The translations under genes were made by a program, and so were the position numbers. DNA of 64,000 bases from the NCBI GenBank assembly GCA_963739555.1, contig CAVUAV010000005.1:706218-770217 (forward strand). Direction: 5' to 3'. Under the pieces are notes generated by a model. It was not told where the DNA came from and searched no databases. It saw nothing but the letters and a program-made list of their open reading frames with translations. This DNA is from an uncultured Acidimicrobiales bacterium. Its GTDB lineage: Bacteria; Actinomycetota; Acidimicrobiia; Acidimicrobiales; DATKAS01. Below, in pieces: positions 1 through 12,098 of this stretch (the first letter of the stretch is position 1; every line of letters begins with the position of its first letter).

Positions 1-203
1 CGGCCTCGACGAGTACTTGATCGTGCGGGGACGCGCGCCGCGTGACCGAGGGAGGCGCGCCCGAGCTGCTGCAGCGCCTCGCGCACGTGTACCTCGGTCC
101 GGACGTGAAGTTCCCGCCGATGGACGACCCGCCGCCCGGCTACGTGCTCCGGATCACCGTCGAGAGCGTCGGCGGCGTCGGCCCCTGGTCCCAAGACGGC
201 TGA
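1..203 (+). CDS. 3' end of a PPOX-class (pyridoxamine-5'-phosphate-oxidase-like) F420-dependent oxidoreductase; partial at the window edge
   Basis: The frame ending at TGA 201-203 reads ...APELLQRLAHVYLGPDVKFPPMDDPPPGYVLRITVESVGGVGPW, a typical C-terminus for this family. An in-frame TGA at 18-20, plus a better upstream reading (GLDEYLIVRGRA) in another frame, suggest a frame break near 35-40. Confidence 0.45.
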
Positions 204-215
204 CCGCCCGCAGCG

Positions 216-1551
216 TCAGGTCGGTTGCCCGAGGCCGTGTGGAGGGCGGCGCGTCGTCCAGTCGTCGGCCTCCTGCAGGCATTCCGCGAGTGCGAGCAGC
301 AGCTCGTCGTTGCCTCGGCGCGCGACGAGCTGCGCGCCGACGGGCAGGCCGTCGGCGGACCAGCCAGCGGGCACTGAGAGCGACGGCTGGCGCGAGAGGC
401 TGAACGGGGCAGCGAGCGTTCCGAGCTCGCGCGGACCCGGGCTGCCGCCGAGCGGCCAAGCCGGTTGGAACGTCGACGGCGTCAGCAAGAGGTCGAAGTC
501 GTCCCACCACTCGGCGAGCGGCGCGATCGCATTGTCGATCGTCGCGTGCGCCGCGCGCACGTCTTCGTCAGGTCGATGTGCGGCGCGCTCGGCAGCCTCG
601 AACACCGTGTCGTCGAGCTCGCCTCGCTGCACGGGACGGCCGAGCCTGGCGCTGACCCAGGCGATCATCGTTGGCCGGGTCGCTTCGGCTGCCGATCGCG
701 AGAGATGCGAACACGTCTCTCCAGAGATGGTCGAGCGCCGTCGGCCAAGCGGGCTCGACGTGGTGGCCGAGCGACTCGAGCAGTCGACCGACTCGATGCG
801 TGCCTTCGACGCACGAGCCGTCGACCGTGAACCCCGTCTCCGGATCGTGGTCGAGGAGGCCGACCTTCAGCCGAGCGCTGGAACGGACGACCTTGGCGCC
901 CGCGAGCGCTTCGAACATCATCGTGAGGTCTGCCGCTTGGCGGGCCAGCACGAAGTCGCGCCACACATCGCTCGGTGGCTGACCTGCCGGAGCGACGCTG
1001 GGGATGCGGCCGCTCGTCGGGTTCAGGGTGACGAGGCCGCACAACGCGGCCGGGCAGCGCAACGAGCCGGTCGCGTCCGAGCCATGGGCGACGGCAACGG
1101 CGCCCGCCGCAACCGCCGCCGCCGATCCGCCACTCGATCCGCCTGCGGAGCGAGCCGCGTCCCAGGGGTTGCGCGTCGGTGGGAAGCCTGGTGGTTCGGT
1201 CGTGATCGCGGTCGACAGCGACGGGCATGCCGCCTTCCCGATGATCGAGAACCCGAGCTCCTCGAACCGCGCGGCGAGCGGAGTCGTCGCCGTCGAGCGG
1301 CTCTCCGCATCCCGCAACGCCGCGACTCCGACGTAGTGAGGAGTGCCCGCGATCTCTTGCCCGGCGTCCTTGAGCAACATCGGCACCCCAGGCGGTGCGC
1401 GATCGAACAGCGGCGACACGAGGAACCCGAGCGTCGGGTCGAGCGCTTCGCATGCCTCGATCCCCGCGTCGCGGAGCTCAGCCGCAGTCACGTCACCCCG
1501 CTCGAGCAGCGCGAGCTGCTCGACGAGGCTCAGCCAGCTGAGGTCGTTCAC
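216..1551 (-). pseudogene. Amidase (amidase-signature family); frame interrupted near 695
   Basis: ORF 568..1821 read from GTG 1551 (VNDLSWLSLVEQ...) carries GGSSGGSAAAVAAG and the Ser-cisSer-Lys region. The last third (..TRPTMIAWVSARLGRPV..LLTPSTFQPAW..GLPVGAQLVA) continues in ORF 216..668, a different frame. GTG 1551 overlaps the stop of the upstream GNAT gene (GTGA). Confidence 0.8.
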
Positions 1552-2069
1552 GGTGACGGAGGGTCGGCGCGGAGCCGCGAGTACATGTAGCCGTCGCGCC
1601 ATTCGCCGTTGCCCCACCCGCGTCCTCGCAGCAGCCCCTCGCGCGTGAAGCCCGCCTTCTCGAGTGCGCGCTGCTCGGCCGTGTTGTCGGTTCCCGTCGT
1701 CGCCTCGATCCGGTTCGCGGTCGTGTGCGCGAACAGATACTCCGCGAGCAGCCGTTGCGCCTCGGTGCCGAGGCCGCAGCCGCGATGCTCGGGGAACAGC
1801 ACGATGCCGATCTGCACACATCCCCGTGGTCCCGATGTGCTCACCCAGCTCCAGACCACGATGCCGGCGAACGTGCCGTCGCCACGCGCGACGACGAGGA
1901 GCGCATCGTCCTCACCGAGGTAGCCGTCGAGCTCCCAGCGGCGCCGTCGGGCCCGCCAGTCGCGGAAGCCACGCCACTGGAACGGCTCGGTGACCGACGG
2001 ATCGAGGTCGAGGCGTTCGAGGTCCGCGAGGTCGCGCTCCTCTACGGGACGAAGCCGCACGTCGAGCAT
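1548..2069 (-). CDS. GNAT family N-acetyltransferase
   Basis: ORF 1548..2213, start taken at ATG 2069 (MLDVRLRPVEERD). Acetyl-CoA-binding core VLFPEHRGCGLGTEAQRLLAEYLF and C-terminal ALEKAGFTREGLLR are typical of RimJ/RimL-like GNATs. Confidence 0.8.
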   Translation of the reverse strand: MLDVRLRPVEERDLADLERLDLDPSVTEPFQWRGFRDWRARRRRWELDGYLGEDDALLVVARGDGTFAGIVVWSWVSTSGPRGCVQIGIVLFPEHRGCGLGTEAQRLLAEYLFAHTTANRIEATTGTDNTAEQRALEKAGFTREGLLRGRGWGNGEWRDGYMYSRLRADPPSP

Positions 2070-2095
2070 CTCGGCGGAGCGTACGCTCTCACCGC

Positions 2096-3104
2096 GTGAT
2101 CGAGACGTGTGACGAGTGTGGCTTCGACGCCGCGGACTACACGCATCAGGACCTGTTCGGCACGCTGCGCGCGCTTGCGCCGATGTGGCGCACGATGACC
2201 GAGGGGATGCCATCGAGCGTGGTCCGTGCTCGCCCCGCTTCGCACACCTGGTCCGCGCTCGAGTACGCCGCGCACTCGCGCGACATCACCGAGGCGATGG
2301 GGCGGCTGCTGCACTTCACCTTGACGAGCGACGAGCCTCGCCTCGACGGCCCTCCGCCCGATCCGCCGGTTCCCTCACCCGCTGGCTCGATGGACGACAC
2401 CATCGCCGCGCTCGAGGCGAGCGTCGCTCGCTTGCACGATCGTGCCGCGAAGCTGGACGACGGCGACTGGTCGCGCACCGTGGTCATCGGCGAGGACGAG
2501 GTCGACGTGCAGTGGATCGTCGGCCACGCAGTGCACGACGCCACCCACCACCTGCGCGACGTCGGTCGTGGGCTCGCCGCACTCGGTGCCGGCGCGCCGA
2601 CCCAGCACGGCTCGATCGCACAGGTCAGCGCGTCGAGCGGCGGGGTGCCGAAGCACGCGCTGCTGCGGGCGTCGATCGGGCCGCCGCGGGCTCGAAGAAG
2701 ATCGCCAGGCGGAGCGAAGGCTCCACGGCCGGCCGTTTCAGGCGGTGTGCCTGTGGTCGTCGGAGGTCATCGACGCGCTGCGCGCCGAGGGCCATCCGAT
2801 CCATCCGGGCGCAGCGGGCGAGAACATCACGCTCTCGGGCATCGACTGGACCACGATCAGACCGGGCGTCCGGGTTCGGGTCGGCGATGCCATTCTCGAG
2901 ATCTCCGCATTCACCGACCCCTGTGCGAAGAACGCGCAGTGGTTCATCGACCGTGACTTTCATCGCATGGGCCACTCGCTCCATCCGGGTTGGAGCCGCG
3001 CGTACGCCTGGGTCCTCGAACCGGGTCAGGTGGCAGCCGGCGACGAGGTTGTCGTCGAGCCGAATGCCTCGTCGTACGCGGCGACGCGCGTGGTGTCTTC
3101 GTAG
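2096..3104 (+). pseudogene. DinB-like (DinB_2) domain fused to a MOSC domain; frame interrupted near 2685
   Basis: N-terminal CDECGFD...WIVGHAVHDATHHLRD is the DinB_2 His pattern. The MOSC domain starts at GSIAQVSASSGGVPK in ORF 2096..2956. It continues as GLEEDRQAERRLHGRPFQAVCLWSSEVIDALRAEGHPIHPGAAGENITLSGIDW...DPCAKN in ORF 2442..3104. Confidence 0.7.
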
Positions 3105-3503
3105 TCCTCCTGGGCGCGGATCTTGCCCCAGCGCGCGTTGACGAACAGCACTGCCCGGTTCGCGTAGATGTCTCTGGCGTCGGCACCAATGACCCAGTGG
3201 TGCACGCGCGCTGCGGCTCGCGTGTTCCAGGGCGGACCGTTCACGAGGATGTCTTCGGCTTCCATGTGCAGCCCGTGGGCAACGTAGCGCTGCAAGAACG
3301 CCTCGAGCTCGGCTCGGCCCCGGTGGGTGGCTGAACGCCTCGCGTCCGAGCGCCGTGGGGCGGAACTGATTCGACCAGCTGTTGTCGCCCGGAAACGCGA
3401 GCGTGGCGTCCTCGGCGAACATTCGCAGGGCGGGCCCGTAGTCGCCCTCGTTCAAGGACTTGATCGTGTGGCGGATCATCCGACGGACGGCTGCTTTGTA
3501 CAT
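3026..3503 (-). pseudogene. SnoaL-like / NTF2-fold protein; frame interrupted near 3332
   Basis: ATG 3503 gives MYKAAVRRMIRHTIKSLNEGDYGPALRMFAEDATLAFPGDNSWSNQFRPTALGREAF. This continues in the other frame as ATHRGRAELEAFLQRYVAHGLHMEAEDILVNGPPWNTRAAARVHHW... (ORF 3026..3295). Confidence 0.7.
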
Positions 3504-3515
3504 TGTCCCGCTCTC

Positions 3516-3531
3516 TAGATAGATCGCTCTA
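3516..3531. promoter_or_regulatory. Candidate TetR operator (imperfect 16-bp palindrome TAGATAGATCGCTCTA) in a 45-bp divergent intergenic region
   Basis: AT-rich palindrome (6 of 8 half-site matches) exactly between the divergent starts at 3503 (minus strand) and 3549 (TetR, plus strand). This is the classic position for a TetR-family operator. Confidence 0.45.
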
Positions 3532-3548
3532 GCGACTAGGGTACGAGC

Positions 3549-4164
3549 GTGTCGGTGATCACGTCAACCCGTGAACGGATCCTCCTCGCGGCGTCCGAGC
3601 TGTTTCGGCGCCAGGGCTTCGCGGCCACCGGGCTCAAGTCGATCCTCGCGGCCAGCGACGCGCCCTATGGCTCGCTGTACCACTTCTTCCCCGGCGGCAA
3701 GGAAGAGCTCGGCGTCGCCGTGCTCGATGCGGGCGGCGTCGTGTACCGGGCGCTGGTCGAGCAGTTCTTCGTTCCGGGCGGCAACGTCGTCCGAGCCACA
3801 TCCGACTTCTTCGAGGGCGCAGCCGTGATGATCGCCGAGACCGACTACGCGGACGCGTGCCCCATCGCGACGATCGCTCTCGAGACGGCGTCGACGAGCG
3901 AGCCGATGCGACGCGCGTCGGCCGCGGCGTTCGAGTCCTGGCTCGAGGTGCTCACCGACCGCATGAGCGAGGCGCGGCATCCCCCGGCGTCGAGCGCGCG
4001 AGCTCGCGGTCGAGCTCTTCTGCGCGATCGAAGGTGCGTTCCTGCTGAGCCGCGCGACGCGGTCACCGGAGCCGATACGCATCGCGGGCAGAGCCGCGAC
4101 CGAGTCGGTGCGTCAGGCGCGCGACAAGGCGGCGGCGAGAGGCTCGACGAGGCGCACCTCATAG
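3549..4164 (+). pseudogene. TetR/AcrR family transcriptional regulator; frame interrupted near 3996
   Basis: GTG 3549 gives the HTH region RERILLAASELFRRQGFAATGLKSILAASDAPYGSLYHFFPGGKEEL. After ..RMSEA.. the family-typical C-terminus ELAVELFCAIEGAFLLSRATRSPEPIRIAG... is in the +1 frame and ends at TAG 4162-4164. Confidence 0.75.
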
Positions 4165-4952
4165 GGCCCGCGCATCGAGAAGATCACGAGGTCGACTCCT
4201 TCGCTCGCAAACGCCGCCGCACGCGCCGCGAGCTCGTTCGGGTCGGCCTCGGCCGGCCACATGACGTGGACCGAACGCTTGATCTGGTGATGGTCACGCC
4301 CGATCGCCTCGCAGCGTGAGACCAGGACCTCGTTGAGGCCCTTCCACTCGACCGGGTCAGGTGCGCCCGCGACATCCCAATGGTCAGCCCAGCGCGCTAC
4401 CGCGCGGAGCGTGCGCTTCGGTCCCTTCCCGCCGATGACGATGGGGAGGTGTGACTGCAACGGCTTCGGGTTGCAGCGCGCGTCAGTCAGTGTGTAGTAG
4501 CGGCCGGAGAACGTCGTCGAGTCGTTCGTCAGCAGCGACGAGATGACCTCGACGCCTTCGTCGAAGCGATCGAACCGCTCCTTCAAGCTGCCGAGCGGGA
4601 TGCCGTACGCATTCGACTCCGGCTCGAACCACCCGGCCCCCAATCCCAGGCTGAATCGCCCCTTGGAGATGTGGTCGACCGTCACCGCCGCGTTCGCGGT
4701 CACCGCGGGATGGCGGTAGTGCATGCCGTTGACCATGCAACCGAGCCGGAGCCTCGTGGTGAGGGCGGCGAGCGCGGCGAGCATCGTCCAGCTCTCGAGG
4801 TGGGTGCCGTCCATGGGGGGAGTGAGTGGGTAGAAGTGGTCCATCGTCCAGGCGGACTCGAACAGGTCGATGTCGTCCGCTGCCTTCCAGACCGCGAGGA
4901 AGTCATCCCACGTGCCGTGCTGGGGAGGGGTCTTGATGCCATAGGCGACCAT
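4113..4952 (-). CDS. LLM-class F420-dependent oxidoreductase (luciferase-like monooxygenase family)
   Basis: ORF 4113..5138, start taken at ATG 4952 ([13 protein letters not shown]; ATG 4964 is also possible). Contains [28 protein letters not shown] and [24 protein letters not shown]. Confidence 0.8.
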   Translation of the reverse strand: MVAYGIKTPPQHGTWDDFLAVWKAADDIDLFESAWTMDHFYPLTPPMDGTHLESWTMLAALAALTTRLRLGCMVNGMHYRHPAVTANAAVTVDHISKGRFSLGLGAGWFEPESNAYGIPLGSLKERFDRFDEGVEVISSLLTNDSTTFSGRYYTLTDARCNPKPLQSHLPIVIGGKGPKRTLRAVARWADHWDVAGAPDPVEWKGLNEVLVSRCEAIGRDHHQIKRSVHVMWPAEADPNELAARAAAFASEGVDLVIFSMRGPYEVRLVEPLAAALSRA

Positions 4953-4986
4953 GCGCCGGACCATAGACCCGGGGTCGTGCCGTACG

Positions 4987-6843
<1,857 letters not shown>

Positions 6844-6970
6844 CCGATCTCCCAGGAGATTCACACCGCGGAGCCCTGTTCGCCGCCGAGAACTCGCGCG
6901 TAACGTATGCGGTCTCGGAGGGACTCTTCCCAGGTGGAACCCGAGACCAGCAAGTAGCGAAGGAGCATCA

Positions 6971-7532
6971 ATGGCCCAGACCGCAACCCCTGTCGACAAC
7001 GGCGTCAACGTCGAGGCACTGCTCGGCGCACGCGAAGCACTCTCCCAAGCACCCGAGGCCGCGCAGTTCACGTGGCGGGCCGAGTGCAAGTGGGTGAACG
7101 GCACCCACAGCCAGACGTCAGTGAAGGGCTTCTTCGGCCTCGGTGGCGAGCAGAGCCACAAGACGACGTTCACGTTCGACAGCCGATCACCCGGAGATCT
7201 TCGCTTCGGAGGACAACGGCGCGACCCCGGTCGAGATGGTGCTCGCCGGCCTGGCCAGCTGCCTCACCGCCGGTGTCGCCGCAGTGGCTCAGAACCGCGA
7301 GATCCAGCTGAAGTCGGTGTCGGCGACGCTCGAGGGCGACATGGACGTCCGCGGCATCCTCGGCATGGACAGCGACGTCCGCAACGGGTTCAGCGGCATC
7401 AAGGTGACGTACAAGATCGACGCCGACGCCTCACCCGAGGACATCAAGGCGCTCGTGGCGCAGTCGCAGAAGCGGTCGGCGGTGTACGACATCATCACGA
7501 ACCCGACGAACGTCAAGGTCGAGGTCGCCTGA
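6971..7532 (+). pseudogene. OsmC family peroxiredoxin-like protein; frame interrupted at about 7181
   Basis: RBS GAAGGAG followed by ATG 6971 gives MAQTATPVDNGVNVEALLGAREAL...SHKTTFTFD. It continues as ADHPEIFASEDNGATPVEMVLAGLASCLTAG... in ORF 7143..7532. Deleting the A at about 7181 would restore ..TFTFDADHPEIF.. Confidence 0.8.
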
Positions 7533-8816
7533 GCACGTCCCGCTCCACCACCGCAGTCGTCATCGGCGCGGGCCACGCCGGGCTCGCGATGAGTCGTTGC
7601 CTCGCGACGCGCGGCATCGACCACGTCGTGCTCGAGCGTGGCACCGTCGCCAACACCTGGAAGACCGAGCGTTGGGACTCGCTCACGCTGCTCACGCCGA
7701 ACTGGCAGAGCAGGCTGCCCGACTACCGGTACGACGGTGACGATCCGGACGGCTACATGACGATGCCCGAGGTGATCTCGTTCATCGAGGGCTACGCCGA
7801 CGCGATCAGCGCACCGCTGCACACGAACACGACGGTCACCGCGCTGCGGCGGTCCGACGACGGCTTCGTCGTCGAGACCGACCAGGGCGAGTGGCGAGCG
7901 CCCACCGTCGTGCTCGCGTCGGGGCACGGCAACATCGCGCACATCCCCGCGGTCGCCGCGGTGGTGCCCCCTGGTGTCACGCAGATCACGCCGTCCCAGT
8001 ACCGCACCCCGGGTCAGCTCGAGGACGGGGGCGTGCTCGTCGTCGGCGCGGCCGCAACGGGCATCCAGCTCGCGGACGAGATCCAGCGCTCAGGGCGGCA
8101 GGTGACCCTGGCGGTGGGCGGTCACGTGCGGGCGCCGCGCGTGTACCGAGGCATGGACATCCAGTGGTGGATGGACGTCACCGGGCTGAATGACGAGATG
8201 TACACCGACGTCGACGACGTCATGCGCGTGCGCCGGCTGCCGTCGTTCCAGCTCGCCGGCACGCGCGATCGTCGCACGATCGATCTCAACGCGCTCACCG
8301 ACATCGGCGTGAACCTCGTCGGCAAGTTCGCGGGAGTCAGCGAAGAAGGCAAGGCGCAGTTCTCGGGCTCGCTGCGCAACCAATGCGCCCTCGCCGACCT
8401 GAAGCTCGGTCGCCTTCTCGACACGATCGACGAGTGGGGCCAGCGACAACGCGGTCGACCGCGAGATCGAGCCGCCCCACCGTCTCGAGCCGACTCGGGT
8501 CGAGGACGATCCGCCGCTGATGCTCGACCTGACCAAGGGCCGCTTCCAGACGATCATCTGGGCAACGGGGTTTCGTCCCGACTACTCGTGGCTCGACATC
8601 CCAGTGGTCGACGAGAAGGGCTACATCCGTCACGACGGTGGGGTCGTCGACGAAGCGCCGGGGATGTACGTCATGGGCATGCCGTTCCTCCGCCGACGGA
8701 AGTCGACGCTCATCGACGGCGCGGCCGACGACGCGAACGACCTCAGCGACCACCTCGCGACGTACCTCGCCGGCCGCAGCACGCACTCCCACTCCCTCCC
8801 GAACTCGCGCGGCTGA
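7529..8816 (+). pseudogene. FAD/NAD(P)-binding oxidoreductase (flavin-monooxygenase-like); frame interrupted at GGGG 8436-8439
   Basis: Contains AVVIGAGHAGLAMSRCL, a second fold VLVVGAAATGIQLADE, then ..LLDTIDEW. It continues as ASDNAVDREIEPPHRLEP..MLDLTKGRFQTIIWATGFRPDYSWL in ORF 8520..8816. There is no ATG, GTG or TTG near the expected N-terminus; the only candidate is CTG 7529, 3-4 nt after GAGG. Confidence 0.75.
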
Positions 8817-9412
8817 CCCGCCACCGGTGGCCGGTTATCGCGCGCGAGAACGTGGTCGGGGGCGCCTGGCGGCAGCCCGATGTCGAACGCGTTCAACGTG
8901 AACGACACGAGCACGTAGTAGCCACACAGCGTCACGAGCTCGACGAGGCCTCGATCTCCGAGCAGCGCCTGCGCCGCTGCGTAGGTCTCGGCGTCGACAT
9001 GTCCGTCGGCACACAGCTGCGATGCGACCGCGTGGACGATCCGTTCGTCGTCGTGCTCGAACGTGGGTGTCGCACCGCGACCGATCGCCTCGATCACCGG
9101 CTCGCTCACGCCGTGCTCTCGCGCCATCGGCACGTGAGCCCACCATTCGAACTCCGCCTTCCAGTGCGCGCCGACGGTGATGATCGCGAGCTCCAGGAGC
9201 CTGCGTTCGACCGACACCCCGAACCGAAGGTGCGCACCGAGGTCCGCCGCGCGCCTGCCGACCTCCGGCGCGTGCACCCATGGGTTGAACGGGCCGCGAA
9301 GCCCTCCCTGCTCGTCGACGACGGCGGCCGACCGGGTCGAGACGATCTGATCCCAGAGGGCCTGGCCGGCTTCGTCGAGGTCGTCACGGTGGAGGGCGGG
9401 AAGTCTGCTCAT
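8630..9412 (-). CDS. Carboxymuconolactone decarboxylase (AhpD-like) family protein; the 3' end is probably read-through
   Basis: ATG 9412 gives MSRLPALHRDDLDEAGQALWDQIV...AHWKAEFEWWAHVPMAREHG...GYYVLVSFTLNAFDIGLPPGA. A normal family length (about 195 aa) would end near 8835. The last roughly 65 codons are antisense to the previous gene. One extra base in the GGGGG run at 8858-8862 would give TAA at 8835-8837. Confidence 0.75.
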   Translation of the reverse strand: MSRLPALHRDDLDEAGQALWDQIVSTRSAAVVDEQGGLRGPFNPWVHAPEVGRRAADLGAHLRFGVSVERRLLELAIITVGAHWKAEFEWWAHVPMAREHGVSEPVIEAIGRGATPTFEHDDERIVHAVASQLCADGHVDAETYAAAQALLGDRGLVELVTLCGYYVLVSFTLNAFDIGLPPGAPDHVLARDNRPPVAGQPREFGREWECVLRPARYVARWSLRSFASSAAPSMSVDFRRRRNGMPMTYIPGASSTTPPS

Positions 9413-9425
9413 GCTGTCGTTCCTC

Positions 9426-10085
9426 TCATTCAGGGACCATCGCAAACGCGCGGACCGGAAACGTCCCGAAGCCGCTGACCTTGGGTGGCACCGCGAAGAA
9501 CCGGGCGCCCCGCTCGGGCAGCTCGTCGAGATGGGTGAGGTGCTCGACGATCGGGATGCCCGCGCCGAGGAACCCATCGTGTGCGGGCCTCGTGAGGTCT
9601 TCGATCGAGTCGATGTTCACCGAATCGATGCCGACCAGCGCCACCCCCTCCGCGAGCAGTCGCTCGACGAGCGCGCGTGTCAGGTGAGGGGCGGACTCGC
9701 CGTACTGCGCCGTGCGCCAGTGGCGATCCCAGCCGGTGTGGAAGAGCACCGCGTGGCCCTCGAGCGGGCCGGTGGGCAACGCGTCGGGCCCGATCCCGCC
9801 AGCGACGCCGGTGACGTGCACAACGACCGCGGGAAGGTTCGCGGTCTGCGCGAGCTCGAGCCCGGCGAGGTCAGCGCCTTCGGCGTGGAAGTGCCACGGG
9901 CTGTCGATGTAGGTGCCGGTGTTCGCGACCATGTCGATGCGGCCGATCTGGAACGAGATCCCCGGCGCCATGCGTTGCGCCGTGTCCTCCCTGCTCAGGT
10001 GCGTGGTGATCGCTGGTCCGGGAAGGCCCGGATAGGTCGTCATCGCATCGACGATCTCGTGGCTGCAATCGATGAGCCGGGTCAT
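9426..10085 (-). CDS. Cyclase family protein (kynurenine-formamidase-like)
   Basis: Intact 219-aa ORF. Has a variant of the family motif HxGTHxDxPxH (ANTGTYIDSPWHFH), and VGIDSVNIDS. Confidence 0.75.
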   Translation of the reverse strand: MTRLIDCSHEIVDAMTTYPGLPGPAITTHLSREDTAQRMAPGISFQIGRIDMVANTGTYIDSPWHFHAEGADLAGLELAQTANLPAVVVHVTGVAGGIGPDALPTGPLEGHAVLFHTGWDRHWRTAQYGESAPHLTRALVERLLAEGVALVGIDSVNIDSIEDLTRPAHDGFLGAGIPIVEHLTHLDELPERGARFFAVPPKVSGFGTFPVRAFAMVPE

Positions 10086-10099
10086 CCGGCGACTCTAAG

Positions 10100-11276
10100 G
10101 TGCGGCAGGTGAGCGACCGTGTGCCGTATCTGGCGTCGCGCCTCCAAGGCTTCGGCACCACGATCTTCGCCGAGATGTCCGCGCTCGCGGTCGAGACCGG
10201 CTCGGTGAACCTGGGGCAGGGCTTCCCCGACACCGACGGCCCTCCCGAGGTGATGCAGGCCGCGATCGACGCGATCAAGCGGGGCGAGAACCAGTACCCG
10301 CCCGGGCCCGGCACCGCCGATCTCCGCCTCGCGATCGCCGAGCATCAGCAGCATTGGTACGGGCTGCACTTCGATCCCGACACCGAGATCTTGGTGACCG
10401 CCGGCGCGACCGAGGCGATCGCGTCGGCCCTGCTCTCGCTGTGCGAGCCCGGCGACGAGGTCATCACGTTCGAGCCGTACTACGACTCGTACTCCGCGTG
10501 CATCGCGATGGCGGGAGCCACGCATCGCCTCGTGCAGCTCACGCCTCCCGGCTACACGTTCGACCCCGATGCGTTGCGGGCTGCGATCACGCCGCGCACG
10601 CGGCTCCTCCTCATCAACTCACCGCACAACCCGACGGGGAAGGTGCTGTCGCGTGAGGAGCTCGAGGTCATCGCCGCGCTCTGCCTCGAACACGACCTCA
10701 TCGCAGTCACCGACGAGGTGTACGAGCACATCGTGTTCGACGGTGCGCACATCCCACTCGCCACGTTGCCCGGCATGCGCGACCGTGTCGTCACGATCTC
10801 GTCCGGCGGCAAGTCGTTCTCGTGCACGGGGTGGAAGATCGGGTGGGTCTGCGCGTCGCCTCCGCTGGTGCGGGCGATCCGCACTGCGAAGCAGTTCCTC
10901 ACCTATGTGAACGGAGCGCCGTTCCAGCCCGCGATCGCCGTCGGTCTTCGCCTGCCCGACGAGCGGATCAACGCCCTCGGGCTCGAGCTGCGCGAGAAGC
11001 GCGACCGGCTGTCGGCGGGACTCATCGAGCGCGGGGCTGACCGTGTACCCGTCGGCGGGCACGTACTTCGTCACTGTCGACATCCGGTCGCTCGGCGAGC
11101 ACGACGGATACGCGTTCTGTCGGTCTTTGCCCGAGCGGTGCGGCGTCGTCGCGGTCCCGAACGTGGTGTTCTATGACGACGTGGAGGCAGGGTCGCCTCT
11201 CGTGCGGTTCGCGTTCTGCAAGAAGCTCGACGTGATCGACGACGCTGTCGCTCGGTTGCAGAAGCTCGCTCGGTAG
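10100..11276 (+). pseudogene. Class I/II PLP aminotransferase (YbdL/MtnE/glutamine-transaminase-K-like); frame interrupted at GGGG 11033-11036
   Basis: Contains NLGQGFPD, NSPHNPTGKV and SSGGKSFSCTGWKIGW (PLP lysine). The C-terminus GLTVYPSAGTYFVTVDIRSLG...VRFAFCKK is in ORF 11043..11276. Confidence 0.8.
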
Positions 11277-11295
11277 CACCAGGCAGGGAGGCAGT

Positions 11296-12054
11296 GTGAA
11301 GGTCGCCGCGATCCAGCACGACATCGTCTGGGAGGACCCGAGCGCGAACTTCGTTCACCTCGCCGGCCTCATCAGCGAGGCGGCAGCACAGGGCGCGCGC
11401 CTCGCGGTGCTGACCGAGATGTACTCGACGGGCTTCTCGATGGCCGCGGAGCGCATCGCCGAGCCGGCCGGAGGGCGCAGCAGCGCGTTCCTGGTCGAGC
11501 AAGCCGCACTCAACGACCTGTGGGTGTGCGGCTCGCTGCCCGAAGTCGCGACGGGCGCGACGCGTCCGTCGAATTGCCTGGTGCTCGCAGGTCCCGACGG
11601 CACGATCCTGCGCTACCGCAAGATCCACCCGTTCTCGTTCGCCGGCGAGCACCACCACTACGAGGCCGGCGACAAGCACGTCACCGTGATGGTCGAAGGC
11701 GTGAGGCTGAGCCTGTTCGTCTGCTACGACCTCCGGTTCGGCGACGAGTTCTGGCCGCTCGCGTCCGACACCGACTGCTACGTCGTGGTGGCGAACTGGC
11801 CGGCGGCGCGCCGTGCCCACTGGATGACGCTGGTGCGGGCCCGCGCGATCGAGAACCAGGCCTACGTCGTGGCGGTGAACCGCGTCGGGTCGGGCGACGG
11901 CCTCGACTACTGCGGCGACAGCGCCATCATCGGTCCGTCCGGCGAGGAGGTCGTGGTCGGCGACGATCGCGAGGCCGTGCTCGTGGGAGAGGTCGACCCG
12001 GCGGTGGTCGCCGATACCCGCGCGCGCTTCCCGTTTCTCGTCGACCGGCGCTGA
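11296..12054 (+). CDS. Carbon-nitrogen hydrolase (nitrilase superfamily), omega-amidase/YafV-like
   Basis: RBS GGGAGG followed by GTG 11296. Glu-Lys-Cys triad contexts LTEMYSTGF, YRKIHPF and LFVCYDLRF. Intact 252 aa. Confidence 0.8.
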   Translation: MKVAAIQHDIVWEDPSANFVHLAGLISEAAAQGARLAVLTEMYSTGFSMAAERIAEPAGGRSSAFLVEQAALNDLWVCGSLPEVATGATRPSNCLVLAGPDGTILRYRKIHPFSFAGEHHHYEAGDKHVTVMVEGVRLSLFVCYDLRFGDEFWPLASDTDCYVVVANWPAARRAHWMTLVRARAIENQAYVVAVNRVGSGDGLDYCGDSAIIGPSGEEVVVGDDREAVLVGEVDPAVVADTRARFPFLVDRR

Positions 12055-12098
12055 TCCCGCGGTCGATAAGGTCGCGGCTTCGACAAGAGGGGGATGTC

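Noticed and set aside
11520-12098. N-terminal 193 codons of the 512-aa ORF 11520..13058 as part of the SDR protein.
   Set aside because: The stretch is an Arg/Gly/Pro-rich out-of-frame overlap of the nitrilase-family gene. The SDR Rossmann motif follows immediately after ATG 12099, which has a G-rich RBS.
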